Program-made: the position numbers and the translations under genes | NCBI GenBank assembly: GCA_000091205.1 | Contig: AP006491.2 | Direction: 5' to 3' (one strand) | DNA from: Cyanidioschyzon merolae | Taxonomy: Eukaryota | DNA: 64,000 bases | Notes under the pieces: generated by a model | Seen by the model: only the letters and a program-made list of their open reading frames with translations | The model's database searches: none | Told to the model about the DNA's origin: nothing | Shown here: one piece after another, positions 1 to 12,012 of the stretch | Position numbering within the stretch: the stretch's first letter is position 1 | Layout of the letters: each line of letters starts with the position of its first letter

Positions 1-425
1 AGTTTGTAGATGGGAATCAGAAGATTGCCACAGAACTGGGACGGCTGGCACCAGAACGCAACAGCTGCAAACCTTAGTACCTGAAACGACGTATCAAAAC
101 CCAGATTGATGAATGCCACCGACTCAACAAAATCGTCAACCGCACCGCCATACATGCCAACGCCGGAGACAAGGAAGCGATGGCAGCGCTACCGGCGCTA
201 CCGGCGCAACATGAAGAAGCTATCAAAAGAAAGAACAAACTTCCCAGAGAAGACAAACGAGAGCATCGAAACCGCAAAATCGCCTCCCTGACGAAATCTA
301 TGCTGGAGAGCACCAACGAAGATGAGACCTAGCGCTCCATTCGATCGAGACTGGACCCACCAAAAAAGTGTCTGGGGCTCACACCAATCGTTTATGAGGA
401 AGCGCTGAGGACGGAGCGTGCCTCA

Positions 426-857
426 GTGAATGAGGCCTGGATAGACCACGGGACAGAGCTGCATGAAGACGCAACTGGGCACTGCCAAGACCCAATCTAT
501 TGGCACCAGTATGCCGCAGAACTACCGCGCCTCGAACCGGTACCGGAATGGAACGACCCAATCTTCTGGCCTGAATCTGTTCGGGCCCTGTTAAGCTCAT
601 GCAACCGCAAAACACCTGGCATTGACGGTATCGCTGCCGAGTGGATGAAACTGGTGATCCCAAAATACGAGACAACAGGGACACCATCGATACCACGCCT
701 CAAGTCGACGCCCGTTGTGGTACGGCAACGCCGTTCTGTCTCCGTGCAGCGACCGCACCGGCGCTATAGGCGCTATTGCTGTCGCTTTCGGCAGGCACTA
801 GGCACACACGATAGGACGTATGAAACGACCAGAATATCCGAGATGAAGTATAGGTAA
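426..857 (+). mobile_element. Degenerate non-LTR (LINE-like) reverse-transcriptase fragment
   Basis: ORF 426..857 contains SCNRKTPGIDGIAAEWMKL followed by LVIPKYETTGTPSIPRL. These resemble RT motif 0/1 consensus (K.PG.DGI..E..K ; v.IPK....RPIsL) of non-LTR retrotransposon/retron-type reverse transcriptases. The rest of the ORF is not RT-like, so this is a truncated relic. Confidence 0.4.
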
Positions 858-959
858 TGTACCATGGAGGTAGGTGTAGATCGATGGATACTTCACCGCG
901 CACTGAAAAAACACACACAAAAAAAAGTAAGAAAAGAAAAATGCGCAGAATCGGAGAAC

Positions 960-1600
960 GCTGGCCTAAGTAAACGTTTTGTGAGTGGAAAAAAATTTGA
1001 TAATCGCCCATATCCCCTTGCGTGAGATTCCCGGGTACAGCGCAAACACGGCGCGTATCATGAAACGTTCGAGGTTCATCGTCACATGGTTCTTCAGGTT
1101 CGTCAGGTACTTGATGGCCCCGTATTCGTAAATATCCGCGTCACCTGTATACCGAGTACCATCGAAGCTGTAAAAGAGATGTTTTTCGTGGAGGACGTGC
1201 ACGCGTTCATTTTCCCTCCGCGCTTCCGCTGTACCAAGCATCAGGTGACGAATAAAGGTCTCGTCGAAAACTCGTTCGGAAGCTGGACCGTTTCCATGTG
1301 CGTCATTTCGGGATACATCTCCCCGCCAAATGCACTAGTCCTGACGACACCTGTATTATAGTCATGGAGTTCGGCTCAAAACGGTTTCGAATGGACTCTC
1401 GTAACTTTTTCTTGCACGGAACCTTGATCTGTCCAAGAAGACAGGCTTTCATAACCAGTTCGTTGTAGTGTGGTCTTTCTTGCAGCCATCGACGTAGGAC
1501 CTCCCTCCTTTCGGTCCTTCTTCTCTTCCTTTTCTTCTGGACTCGGTACTGTTTTTTGTTTTTTCTGGCAGCCAGCGACACCTAGGCCACCAGGATCCTC
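960..1600 (-). mobile_element. Truncated inverted copy of the N-terminal block of the TnpB/Fanzor-like repeat family (homologous to 12110..12690)
   Basis: Minus-strand ORFs 1303..1581 (VLRRWLQERPHYNELVMKACLLGQIKVPCKKKLRESIRNRFEP, KKRKRRRTERRE NLS-like tract) and 966..1241 (NLKNHVTMNLERFMIRAVFALYPGISRK) align with plus-strand 12013..12700 (LPQMLEERRRCDEMVVKACLRKQNKDPYKQALREAIRNRVES ; NLRNHLTKNLKRFVIRSIFALYPGLSRK). The copies have diverged and are frameshifted. Confidence 0.5.
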
Positions 1601-3189
1601 CACTTAATTCCCCATAGGTTTCCTACTTTATTTTTTTGAAAAGGAACGCTCTTTGAACGCTTATGTCATATAATGGGAAAAACACTTGAATACACTTGTT
1701 TGAGGTTTGAAACACGAATGAACTGAAAACTATGCTTTGCTACGACTACATCGCAAATCCAACTTGTTCGTTGGATCTACACACTCTATCTCGCCATGCG
1801 ATGCCGTTGTCATCCGTTCGACAAGGCCCCCAGCCACAGTGAACGCGCCTAATCTGGAGTCTCATGTCCCCCTAACAAGAAAACGTATTGTCAAGCTCGC
1901 GTTTCCCTTCAACGGCTACATTCGCGCCGTATCTCGTGACGGCCTGATCGCCCAGGTGCGCGTATCGAGTGCGCCACACAGAAAAAAGAACAGAGACTCT
2001 CGATTCACGAGCATGTAGATTTTGTTTTCCCTTTCGACGATAAACTTTGAAAGGAGAGAAAGCTTTCCGTATTTTAGAAACTTTACCTTTTACGCGTAAG
2101 ATCCCTAGAACTGTAAGAGTCTGCTAAGCTGGTGCTCGGTGTTCATCTAAAGTGGCTGGAGCAGCCGCGAGACCTGAGCAACTCGTCCCCAGAGCGGTTT
2201 ATTCCGGGACCAGGGGTGCTTAGGCAGCGTCTGCACGCCGCCCTGGTCGCAGCGTATCCAGTGGTAAGCCTAGACTGTTCTGTCTACGTGCCATGACCGC
2301 AGCGGCGCAATGGGGGCTACGGCGGGTGCTCACGGCATGCATTCGACACGCGATAGGGCGTGCGAAAGGACAATTATATCCGAGAAGAAGAATGGCTAAT
2401 GGAACGTGAAAGTAGAGTGCAACATGGTGGACGCTTTCCCCGAAGTCGCTGGCGGCGCGTCTCCATTCCATGCGAAAGTGCTGCACCGAGTTACTGGTAT
2501 CGATGACCCGAGTTCGATTAAACTTGAACAGTATATTGCTCGCCCTCTTCCTGCTTTTCGAATTTTAAAACTTTATTCCGATGGAAAGCCGCGGCATTCG
2601 AAAAGGGGCTATTGTGACTTACGCATTCTAACGAATATGCGGATCCTCGGCAGCGTTTTTGGAATGGCCTCCTCAACGCGTTACCACGGGAACTCTTTCA
2701 GTTCCGGGACGCGAGCTCATTTGCGAGACCCCCCGAGCGAGACTTCTTAAAATACCCGATACGATGATCCACCGCATACGCCCAAGTCTCCAAGCTTCCC
2801 TTTTTCTCACGATAAGTATGCTTCAACCATAAATGTTTCAAGGCGACCCGTTGACGCAGCAATGCACGTCACTAGATTGATGAGCAGAAAAATTCGACTT
2901 GCTCCACTGTGAGCATGTTCATGAGCTCGCACGGAAAGCTCTCTGAACTCATCAATTCAAATAATCGATTCTCTTCGAAAATGGACAAATGCTCCTCTAT
3001 TTGTGGCCATCAAGGAGGCCGCATTCGACAGCAGCACGATGCCTGTAATGGGATACGCTTCCAGAGCCATCCGCCTGCACAGTGTGAATGCAAAGGGGTC
3101 CTGCGCTCGGACCTCAGCCATCGCAGCGCTCGCTTCCTGCGGATAATGCGCAACCGTTTCGCATGATGGGGGCGTAGATGAACAGAGAT

Positions 3190-3460
3190 ATTACGACTTG
3201 ACCTCTAGCCTGTTTTTTCCCTTCCAGTGCCTTTTCAATGTAGACAACATCGCGTTCCACAAACCCCGTATCGAATGGGACAGCGTGCGCTTGCGTGTAC
3301 CTCGGACAGAGTCCTCGCCAAGGCGATCGCGCGGAAGAGGCCGGTGATCAGAGCGTACAGTAATGGGCACGAAAACGAAGAATGCGTCATGGGGAGCGCT
3401 CTGCACCCGTCAACTACTTGTACTGAGCGATGAAGCGAGCGGTCAAGCGCCACCAAGAAC
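3190..3460 (-). repeat. Fragment of dispersed repeat family C (inverted), about 210 bp 5' of SHMT
   Basis: Minus ORF 3235..3456 (LYALITGLFRAIALARTLSEVHASARCP) matches plus-strand 14433.. (LYATMTGFFRAIPSETTLSSAHASVCCP). Minus ORF 3191..3406 (GLWNAMLSTLKRH) matches 7621..8148 (SLWNAMLSLMKQ). Confidence 0.45.
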
Positions 3461-3669
3461 GCCTCAACCTAGTTGTCCAGTTTTCCTTGGGGGGCGAATG
3501 CGCTGCTCCAGGTGGAAACCCTCCTGAAGCGCGGCAAGTGGACGCGCGCTGCATCCTTCCAAAGCGATACATTTTGGGTCAAATCGTACGCTATGAACAG
3601 TATCCACCGCGGGCGCTCCGTCGAGCACCTGCGCTTCCGAACGCGGGTATTCGCGTAAACACAGAGGCC

Positions 3670-5244
3670 ATGTCGGGAGCGTGCCGTGTCACGGCATTTT
3701 GTTTCGCTTCTACTCATATCATCACAAGATCAGAAGAGCGATCGGCTAAAACAAGGTTCATATGGAGATGGCGCGTTCAATGGCGCGCTTCACGCTCTGC
3801 TGTGAACCGGCTTACTTGCACCGCGACCTCACCGTCGTCGCCCAAAACACCAACAACCTCTGCAGACGGGCACGCGCGGGACGGAACAGCGGGCCTGGAA
3901 CCCTTGCGCGTCTACGACCCGGAAGTGTACCAGATTCTCGAGAAGGAGAAAGAACGGCAACGGAGAGGACTCGAACTTATCGCATCGGAGAACTTCACCT
4001 CCGCCGCAGTGATGGAAGCACTCGGATCTGCCTTCACCAATAAGTATTCAGAAGGTTATCCTGGTCGCAGATATTATGGTGGAAACATGTATATCGATGA
4101 AGTTGAGCGGCTATGTCAGGAACGCGCACTCGCCGCGTTCTCCCTGTCGCCAACCGACTGGGGCGTCAACGTACAGCCGTACTCAGGGTCACCGGCCAAC
4201 TTTGCAGTCTATACGGCGCTGCTGAATCCGCACGATCGTATCATGGGCCTCGATCTTCCTTCCGGCGGACATCTAACCCATGGTTTTTACACGGCGAAGA
4301 AGCGCGTTTCGGCGACCTCGATCTACTTCGAGTCGCTGCCGTACCGAGTGAATGAAACCACTGGTTACATCGACTATGATGCGCTGGAGAAACAAGCCGC
4401 ACTCTTCCGACCAAAGCTGTTGATCGCTGGGGGCAGTGCGTATGCACGCGAGTGGGATTACGCACGTTTCCGGCAGATAGCTGACCAGAGCGGCGCGTAC
4501 CTCTTGGTCGATATGGCACACATCAGCGGACTTGTAGCGACCGGCGAAGCACAATCACCGTTCCCCTATGCAGACGTTGTGACGACGACGACGCACAAGT
4601 CGCTGCGAGGCCCCCGAGCTGGAATGATTTTTTATCGCCGGTCAGCGCTGGCAGAAATAGCACCGCGTGGTGCCGACCTCGAGCAGCGCATTCAGGAAGC
4701 GGTATTTCCGGCTTTACAGGGTGGTCCACACAACCACCAAATCGCTGCCTTGGCGGTGCAGTTACGCGAGGTACAAACGCCCGCCTTTCGAGCATACGCC
4801 AAGCAAATTCGACGGAATGCACAGGCCCTGGCCCGACGTCTTGTACAACACGGGTATGATTTGGTGACCGGTGGCACGGAGAATCATCTGGTACTGTGGG
4901 ACCTCCGACCGATCGGAATCACGGGAAGCAAGATGGAAAAGTTATGTGAATACGTGAGCATTACACTGAACAAAAATGCAGTACCCGGTGATACCAGCGC
5001 CCTGAACCCAGGTGGCGTTCGGATCGGCACGCCAGCGCTGACGACTCGCGGTTTTCGTGAGGCGGATTTCGAAAAGGTTGCAGACTTTCTGGATTCATGT
5101 GTGCGGATTGCACTCCGGATCCAGGAACAAAGCGGTAAGAAGCTTAATGACTTTGTCGCAATGCTTCCAGACGATCCAGAGGTGCAAGCGCTCCGTGAAA
5201 GCGTGGAGCGCTTTGCGAGCACCTTTCCTATGCCTGGTCGCTGA
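3670..5244 (+). CDS. SHMT: Serine hydroxymethyltransferase (glycine hydroxymethyltransferase)
   Basis: [61 protein letters not shown] and the PLP-lysine region [21 protein letters not shown] are SHMT signatures. The ORF opens at 3430, but homology starts about 80 aa downstream of the in-frame Met at 3670. That Met is taken as the start. It is followed by an R/S-rich presequence-like stretch, possibly organellar targeting. Confidence 0.85.
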   Translation: MSGACRVTAFCFASTHIITRSEERSAKTRFIWRWRVQWRASRSAVNRLTCTATSPSSPKTPTTSADGHARDGTAGLEPLRVYDPEVYQILEKEKERQRRGLELIASENFTSAAVMEALGSAFTNKYSEGYPGRRYYGGNMYIDEVERLCQERALAAFSLSPTDWGVNVQPYSGSPANFAVYTALLNPHDRIMGLDLPSGGHLTHGFYTAKKRVSATSIYFESLPYRVNETTGYIDYDALEKQAALFRPKLLIAGGSAYAREWDYARFRQIADQSGAYLLVDMAHISGLVATGEAQSPFPYADVVTTTTHKSLRGPRAGMIFYRRSALAEIAPRGADLEQRIQEAVFPALQGGPHNHQIAALAVQLREVQTPAFRAYAKQIRRNAQALARRLVQHGYDLVTGGTENHLVLWDLRPIGITGSKMEKLCEYVSITLNKNAVPGDTSALNPGGVRIGTPALTTRGFREADFEKVADFLDSCVRIALRIQEQSGKKLNDFVAMLPDDPEVQALRESVERFASTFPMPGR

Positions 5245-6304
5245 TTCGTTACCCTCAAGCTGATTGCCCTGCTTGGACACGGACCCTCTATCTCTGTCGG
5301 GGGGTATGCACGAATACGGTGGAGGCACCTACACTCGCCCGTACTGTTTCCGGCGCATTCGACGAGAGCAGCGCCCTTATCTTTGTGAATCAGGCGTGGA
5401 CGTCTTCTCAAAGGCACCGCGATGACGCTGAAAGTGGTCACGAAACCCGTACGCAAGCAATAGATGCCGTCTATCGGAAACAGTTGTTCATCGGGGGATT
5501 TGCTCATCCACACGTCTGCACGCGTGGATGTTAGGGTGGAATCCAGCATGCCGGCATGGTAAAAATTCTCACGAATCGTTGATCCTCCGAACCGTCGGCA
5601 TCTGCACGTACAGGTACGGATACTAAAGTCGAATCCTTTATTTTCGTGATCTGTATCCACGCGTCTGGCAGCTCGTGCTCGTCAGCGCGTTTGCCGCAAC
5701 CTGCTGCTCCCTCTTCGGTGGTACGAATGTCGCCCAGCAGATCAGTTTCACCGTATCCGCCAGCCCAAAGTCGACGACGATCACAAAACAGGTCCCGGGT
5801 GCTCGTCACAACGGACCTCCGCTTTCGCGTCTGCGAACGCGAGCATCGAACGCGGAGCTTGCACGGCGCCAGGACGAGCGCTCGTTCATGCACAAACGCA
5901 AGCCTGTAGAAAAGCTTTCTGTGCTTCGTGCGACCTTGCGAAGCGATTTTGCAGGCCAGTGCCGGAACCTCGCCCAACTGATGTACGGCAACGCTGATTG
6001 TGGAAACGAGACAGCAAATTCAGCTGGATATCTGGACCTCTTCCCCTGGCATGTTTTACACGCCGTTCGATCATGACCAGAGCAGCGACTGCAGCGCTGC
6101 GATGCCAATGCGATCGCCAAGAGGTAGCGTCCCTCATCTGCAGGTCATCTAACAATCTAGGGACTGGTCTGTGGCAGCGGTGTGTGGCCCCCAGCGGTTT
6201 GCATTCCTTTGAACTGAAGAGGCACGAGCAGTAGTGGCGTGCAATGCATACGTCGGAGCCTCCTCGACATGAACGCCTTTCTGGGTAATACTCAGACTAG
6301 TGCC

Positions 6305-6362
6305 TTCTAGAGTGCCTGTACCAGCACGCCCGATTTGGTTTTGTTTGTTTTCCTGGCAGGAG
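6305..6362 (+). repeat. Copy 1 of a conserved 58-nt motif (stem-loop-capable, G/T-rich loop)
   Basis: ttctagagtGcctgtaccagcacgcccgAtttggttttgttTgttttcctggcaggag. It is identical at 55 of 58 positions to 21443..21500 in the same orientation, with unrelated flanks. GCCTGtaCCAG ... CTGGCAGG can pair. Confidence 0.5.
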
Positions 6363-7399
6363 GATCGAGTAGGATGACGAGGTCAGGACCCGTCTCGATG
6401 CTCTGGGTTCCTTTCCGATGAATGAGGACATTTTCTGCGCCTTATTTCGAGCGAATATTAGCGTCCAACTAGCGAAATCGGACAATCTCCGGCTGGAGTG
6501 CATGACATCGTGCACGGGACGCCAACGGTATCCGCAGTGCAGAGACAACAAGCGTGGATTCAAGTGTCTGCTCAATATGTAGGAAATAGAAATGACGAAC
6601 ATGACGTGTCGTTTGGTCGAGGCCCCTGGCTCTGGAGGTGCTGCAACGCGCTGAACCTGCACTTTTGCTCCGTCGACCAGCGCGCACAAAGTGAGCAGGA
6701 ACTGAATCTTTCCATCTCCCATCGATGCAATCCAGACGATTTGAGCGCATCACGAGCACAAGGGCACGTTGAGCGTGCTAGACGACAACAGCAACATCGT
6801 GAAGCAATGACGAATGCACCAGATGATGGAAAGTTAGTTGACCATCCGTTTATGGCGAGGCAGTCGGGGGCAAGAGACTTGCGATGATATGACTCTCCGC
6901 GCAACAGTACGCGCCATGACTTGATGCATCGTGACAGGAAGGCTCCCATCACGAGCGAGGGATGTCTCGTGCTTCCCGGGCGGACGTCCGTCGGCTCGGT
7001 ATCCAGCGAGCTTTCGCAGGAATCGTTTCGTACCAAGCGTGTGCGTTGTGCTGCGATGCGGAAGACTTGCGCTCACGAAATCAGTGCCTGGGAGAGGGTC
7101 ATAGATTCCCGTCTGGCTCAAGGCCCTGGCATGATACGGGGTCACCAATGCGGCAAGGCTGGTACGTTCTATGCATACATCGGGAACGGTTTCCCAGGTA
7201 ATCGGTGAACAAGAATGGTGCCATATCATTCAGTAGTACTGAATATTGGTATATATAGGCAGAACGTTTCACCGTAAACCTCTGATGGATTCCTAAAGCA
7301 ACGTCAGACTGAATCGGATCGGGTCCGTTCAGATAACCCGAGTGTTTACGCTCAACATGAGGGTCTCTTCTCCTTGTCATCAACATGAGCGTTTTGCGC

Positions 7400-8150
7400 G
7401 CTTCCACTGCGAATGCTTCCTTTTTCTCTCGCTTATATGCGGTTTTCAGTGTGCCGGTCTCTACGATCCCTCCAGCTCCGATGTCAGCTGTTGGGGAGAG
7501 TTCATGAGAGCGTGTGAGTCCCGCTCTCGTCGCTTCCTGCTGTTGTCGACGCATTGCATGCCGAGGCTCAAGTGACGATCTACATATCGATTCCCATTTT
7601 CACCGTCTTTGTAGATAGCCTTGATGCGCTCTTCGCAGCGCTGTTCATTCACTGAGCTCAGGTGCTCCCATCTGTCCACCGACTTTGCTTCTCAGAGCAT
7701 TGCCAACCTCTATAGTGTTCGAAAGCTTCGTTCATCTCGTTCGATGCCGTCCTCCGTTTCCGCGCTCGGTGCCGTACCGTGCGATCATGAGCAACTTCTG
7801 TATGAAAACTACGGCGACTGCGCTGTCCTCTGCACGTGGGAGCGCGCGCTGTTCCATGAAAGCCCGTCCTTGTGGAACGCAATGTTGTCCTTGATGAAAC
7901 AAGTACCGAGAAGCAAAATCCAGGATACAGAACATGATAACGAATTTCGATGTTCCGGTGCCCCGTTCGAGCTAAGCGATGCTGCACGCTCCACTGGAAA
8001 CAATCGCTCCGATGAATCTAGTCCGAGTCCGAGACGCTCTTTTACGAAAACAGCAGAAATGCGAGCTTCTCGCAACGTATCAGAGGAGAAGTATCATGCC
8101 GTTGTCGAATGGCGTCTTATCGATGGGAACAAAGATGGAAAAATCTAGTT
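7400..8150 (-). mobile_element. Degenerate copy of repeat family C (TnpB/Fanzor-like C-terminal block, coding sense on the minus strand)
   Basis: Minus ORF 7461..7679 (MDRWEHLSSVNEQRCEERIKAIYKDGENGNRYVDRHL...LTSELEGS) matches plus ORF 19954..20253 (MDIWESLILAMCHGCETHTDAVYKQDGNGKRSVDRNF...LTTQLEGI). Minus ORF 7732..7935 (MIARYGTERGNG) matches 19762..19944 (RIVWYGTDRGNG). The opposite-strand frames 7621..8148 match 14433..14744 at nucleotide level. Confidence 0.45.
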
Positions 8151-8860
8151 TTTGAACGGAACAGATGATTCAACTTGACAAGTTCCGTGAAGTTTCGGCT
8201 TATACTTGTGACCGAATCGTTCACGGACGACCTCGAGTATCTTTCCTCGTAAACCTAGCGGTGCAAAGGGCTGCACCCATGATTTGCCTTGAAATAAAGA
8301 GATCGAATCCCTGAAGGATTTGTGACATGCGCGTGCCTCATATAAAGAAAAGAGATGGGCGGAGGCTTTGCCTCATGAATTCGATGATGATATCGGTAAT
8401 TTCACGAACCTTCGTTCGGCGGCGTCGCCAAACATCCTGAATCCGGTGACGTAACAAAAGCCAACGGCAAAGCGTCGTAGCAGGCACTTCACCACTGAGA
8501 ACGCTGAGCCTACGTATGCATCCGCAAGCCCTTCGTGCAGCACTCGAAATTACAATTCTATACATGTACATACGGTTCGGAAAAAAATCTCAGGGCATGA
8601 ACAGTGCGACCAGTTCCATGTTTCAGTTTACTCTGACACGCGTCCTAGTGCAGGTAGCGGGGTGCGAGCTTCAGCGGCATCGTCCTCGCTTGACCAAGAA
8701 GCCTTGTAGTTACAGCGGGCGCGCTCCGATGCCTGAACGTCATCGCGAGCCCATCGGACAAGTTCCGCACTGAACGCCAATAACGCAACCCTCGTATTCG
8801 TCTTCTGCGTGTTGTGCAGGAGCCCGCCCTGGCAGCGGTTTCTGCAAAACTCGGCACCGC

Positions 8861-11341
8861 TCAGAGGACCTGTGGCACATCCACGGGACAAGGACATGAT
8901 ACGCGGGCAGCGGGTACCGGTCCTGGCCCTGGTTCCGCTGACGACGGCACCTCAGCCATAACTTGCGTACTGCGACGACGAAAGCGACGTGCTTGGTGGC
9001 ACACGCTGCGCACCATGGTGCCGCTCTCGGGTCCAAACAGATGCCGAGATATACCATCACGAAGCCCTGTTGCAGGACGTTCACAGAATGAGGCAGGTAC
9101 AGCCTGTGCTTCCCACTCAGTCCAAGTCGGGGAACGATTCAGCGCACCAACAAGCCCAGCGAGACGACGAGTCGCAGCCGTCCGAGCCACTTTTTCTATA
9201 TCCTCGACAGGCTCATGCCTGGTGTTGGTACCGCTCAGCGAACCAACAGCTGACGTACTCGAGGAGCGTGTGCGCACACCAGGTCCAGAGTGGCTCGCTG
9301 CATCCGCAGATGACGATCCGAGCGCTTGCGTTCCAGAAAGTGTTCGTGGACGCGACGCTGACGCCGTCACCGATCGGACATCGTCGAGGACTTTTCGAAT
9401 CTCTGACAAGTCCGTAGCATCGGGCAGCGCGCTGCGGCGTGTGCGTTTCTGTGGCGTTTCCGGCGGTGACATCACCGGCGTCGCCAGCCCTGCAGCCGGT
9501 GACGACTCCACATCCGAACTCGGGCACGCTGCCGTTGGTGCACCAGAATTCCGAGACCCGCCTGCGAGCGGCTGGGATAACGGCGTGCTCGACTTGACTG
9601 TCCGCTCAGGCGTTTTCAGCGCTGCTGCTGCTGCTGCTGCTGCACCTTTCTGTGAACGCAATGACCAGTGCGGGCCTGCCGTTTGCGCATGCGTCGAGAG
9701 CTCATCCAACATGGATGCGCTCGCAGGTGAATGACCTGATGAGGGAGTTTCGCACCTCAGGTCTCGCAATTTGGGTTCTATCTGGACCAGGTAATGCTGT
9801 TGGGCTCCGATCACAGATCCGGGGCGGCACAGCCGACACCAGGCAATGGCCTCCGTTGCCGTAAAGCCGTACATGTGCATCAAAGCACAGCACATAAGCG
9901 TTCCAGTGCGTCCAAGGCCGGCCTTGCAGTGAACCGCAACGGCACCCGGTTCATCCGCGCAAATCGCCAGAAAACGCTGGACGATATTCCAGTCCGGACA
10001 TGCACCGTCCGCAAAGTACAGATCGTAGTGACGAAATCCCGCTTGGCGAAAAACACGCGCGTCATAGCGTCGCCGGTTCAGACGTACCACAGCAGTGACG
10101 CCAAACTGCTGAAAGAGGCGAATAAAGTACTCGGGAGCACAGCCCACGCCGATGTCTGTTGCTTCCGGGCAGCTCGTCGGACCCGCGAACGCCAGCAGCT
10201 TACCCGGAACAATCCAGTTCAGGTCGCCGTTGTGTACTTGCTCCCAAAGCTCATATGATTCGATATCGAACGCATCTGGTGCGAAGAGGTGGCACACATT
10301 GGTCGCCCGATGCCAAGCGCTGATGCAGTCAAAGACGCCCAAAGGGAACGAGGATTCCGGACCAGCAGATGCATCGCGAAAGAAAACCAAAGAGCTTTTG
10401 AGACGCTGGAGTTTTGCATCGGCCTGTTCGGGGAGATCTCCAAGGCGAAGAACGCGATAGGCGCCCACCAGGGCTGCTGCGTTCGTCAAAGACTCTAGAT
10501 CATCTGTACAGAGCATGATGGCGATAGGAGACGCCCTGCCGGGGACATTGTCCTCCACGAAAGATCCTTCATCTCCGTCGCTAACAACAGTTTTCGGAGC
10601 GTATGCAAGATTGTGTTTCACTCCCTCGCCTTGGACTGCGTTGCCTCGCAGTGCTCCGTCGCACATACCCCGAGGCATCAAGACACCGTCCGTGCGTCCT
10701 TGCCAGAGATGCAGCTCTCGGACGATACTTTCAATACGCTGAATAAACCGCATGGTCTGCGCGAGATTGTATGGTCCAAAGTCGTTACAGAACGCCTCGT
10801 ACACAAGGTCGTCCTGGACGGAAAACAAAAGTCCAGCCAGGTGTCGAGTTCGGTTCGAGCGAGCGCCGCCACCTGCGGTGTCCGCAGCGTCCGCCTGCGG
10901 CCGGAGCGGCGTGCCGTTCGCAGTCGCTTCTGCGAAGAGCCCCAACAGCGTCGGCGGTGCTAACAACCGACAGTCCGGAGTGCGTCTTTCGCAGCATCCT
11001 CGATCGATGCTTTCAGATACTGGCCGGTCTTCAGGGTCTCGGGCGCGTACCGACCACGGAACCAGGTACACGAGACCAGGAACAACCTCAGCATAGAGCT
11101 CTAGACGAAGATGCGATCGCAGTTCTGGCCTCTGCTCCAAGGCAGAACGCAGCCAAGGAGACATCCAAGCCCATTCTTCATATGCACAGTGGGTTCTTTG
11201 TTCGTCGCCCTCAAAGCAACTGCTGCTTCGCTGCTCTGAGGGTTCCTCAGCTCCGCCCGGTCCCGCGCTTGTTCGCACGCGCTCCGACACAGACTGCGCC
11301 CTGCTCTGCTGGCGGGTGCGATGCGCAACACCGACCATCAT
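8861..11341 (-). CDS. CDC14: Dual-specificity protein phosphatase CDC14 with a long Ser/Thr/Ala-rich C-terminal tail
   Basis: N-terminal A-domain (YEAFCNDFGPYNLAQTMRFIQRI) and the catalytic B-domain P-loop AVAVHCKAGLGRTGTLMCCALMHMYGFTATEAIAWCRLCRPGSVIGAQQHYL are both present. The N-terminus has about 100 aa of extra sequence, so the start could be downstream. Confidence 0.8.
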   Translation of the reverse strand: MMVGVAHRTRQQSRAQSVSERVRTSAGPGGAEEPSEQRSSSCFEGDEQRTHCAYEEWAWMSPWLRSALEQRPELRSHLRLELYAEVVPGLVYLVPWSVRARDPEDRPVSESIDRGCCERRTPDCRLLAPPTLLGLFAEATANGTPLRPQADAADTAGGGARSNRTRHLAGLLFSVQDDLVYEAFCNDFGPYNLAQTMRFIQRIESIVRELHLWQGRTDGVLMPRGMCDGALRGNAVQGEGVKHNLAYAPKTVVSDGDEGSFVEDNVPGRASPIAIMLCTDDLESLTNAAALVGAYRVLRLGDLPEQADAKLQRLKSSLVFFRDASAGPESSFPLGVFDCISAWHRATNVCHLFAPDAFDIESYELWEQVHNGDLNWIVPGKLLAFAGPTSCPEATDIGVGCAPEYFIRLFQQFGVTAVVRLNRRRYDARVFRQAGFRHYDLYFADGACPDWNIVQRFLAICADEPGAVAVHCKAGLGRTGTLMCCALMHMYGFTATEAIAWCRLCRPGSVIGAQQHYLVQIEPKLRDLRCETPSSGHSPASASMLDELSTHAQTAGPHWSLRSQKGAAAAAAAALKTPERTVKSSTPLSQPLAGGSRNSGAPTAACPSSDVESSPAAGLATPVMSPPETPQKRTRRSALPDATDLSEIRKVLDDVRSVTASASRPRTLSGTQALGSSSADAASHSGPGVRTRSSSTSAVGSLSGTNTRHEPVEDIEKVARTAATRRLAGLVGALNRSPTWTEWEAQAVPASFCERPATGLRDGISRHLFGPESGTMVRSVCHQARRFRRRSTQVMAEVPSSAEPGPGPVPAARVSCPCPVDVPQVL

Positions 11342-12012
11342 CTCCGTCGTGCCTGTGCAGCTACTGAAAGCTGATAAGCACAGGACAAAAGTTCAGAGGC
11401 TACAAACACGTCTTTGCATCCACGTCCGAGCACACATTCGTCAGGGACGCTGCAAAATAGACCCCCGATGGATCCGCCTCCGATGCCGGGGAGTGTAGGC
11501 CCCGGTGCGCTTCGACGGCCTTGTTTCGTTGTTCGCAGCCGCAGCTCGATGCGCGATCTCCGGCGGATGCGCGCCTGCCGTGGACGTAACGGTCGCGCGA
11601 TGCTACTGGGCCTTGCATCGCATACGACTCAAATGTACAGAAATGTTCAAATTGATACGGCGATCGTTACGAGCGCGTGTGCGTGCGATTTGGCTGTGAT
11701 GGAAAAACGTGTCCATGGACTGTGGATGGCCCAAATTGCGGGATAGGTGAGCATTGACATTCGGGAAAGCGTCCATCATGCTGCGCAATACTCACGCCCA
11801 AGTTCTATTACCTATGCTTCCTATTTTCTATATGGTGCGCTTGATATTTGCACCTCCAGATCTGACATGCATTGAACACGTCGCGCATGTCGCCGCTTTA
11901 GGGAAACGCGATACTGATCATCAGCGTGACGCTCGAACGAACAAGTTGTATTTGCGTCAAATTCGTACCAAAGTAGAGTGTTTATCCCAATCGTGTTTCA
12001 ACCATCAAGTAC

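Noticed and set aside
3430-3669. Using the first ATG (3430) as the SHMT start
   Set aside because: The first 80 codons ([36 protein letters not shown]...) have no SHMT similarity and look like translated GC-rich non-coding sequence. The internal Met at 3670 followed by an R/S-rich presequence is more plausible. It is kept as an alternative.
8814-9734. Long ORFs antisense to confirmed genes (e.g. 8814..9734 opposite CDC14; 15683..16210 opposite MetRS; 4884..5660 opposite SHMT; 28989..29660 and 28492..29070 opposite EFL1; 45013..46020 opposite Rav1/DMXL; 24130..24815 opposite GDPD)
   Set aside because: High GC content suppresses stop codons on the non-coding strand. None of these translations shows a recognisable domain, and each lies fully inside a well-supported gene on the other strand.
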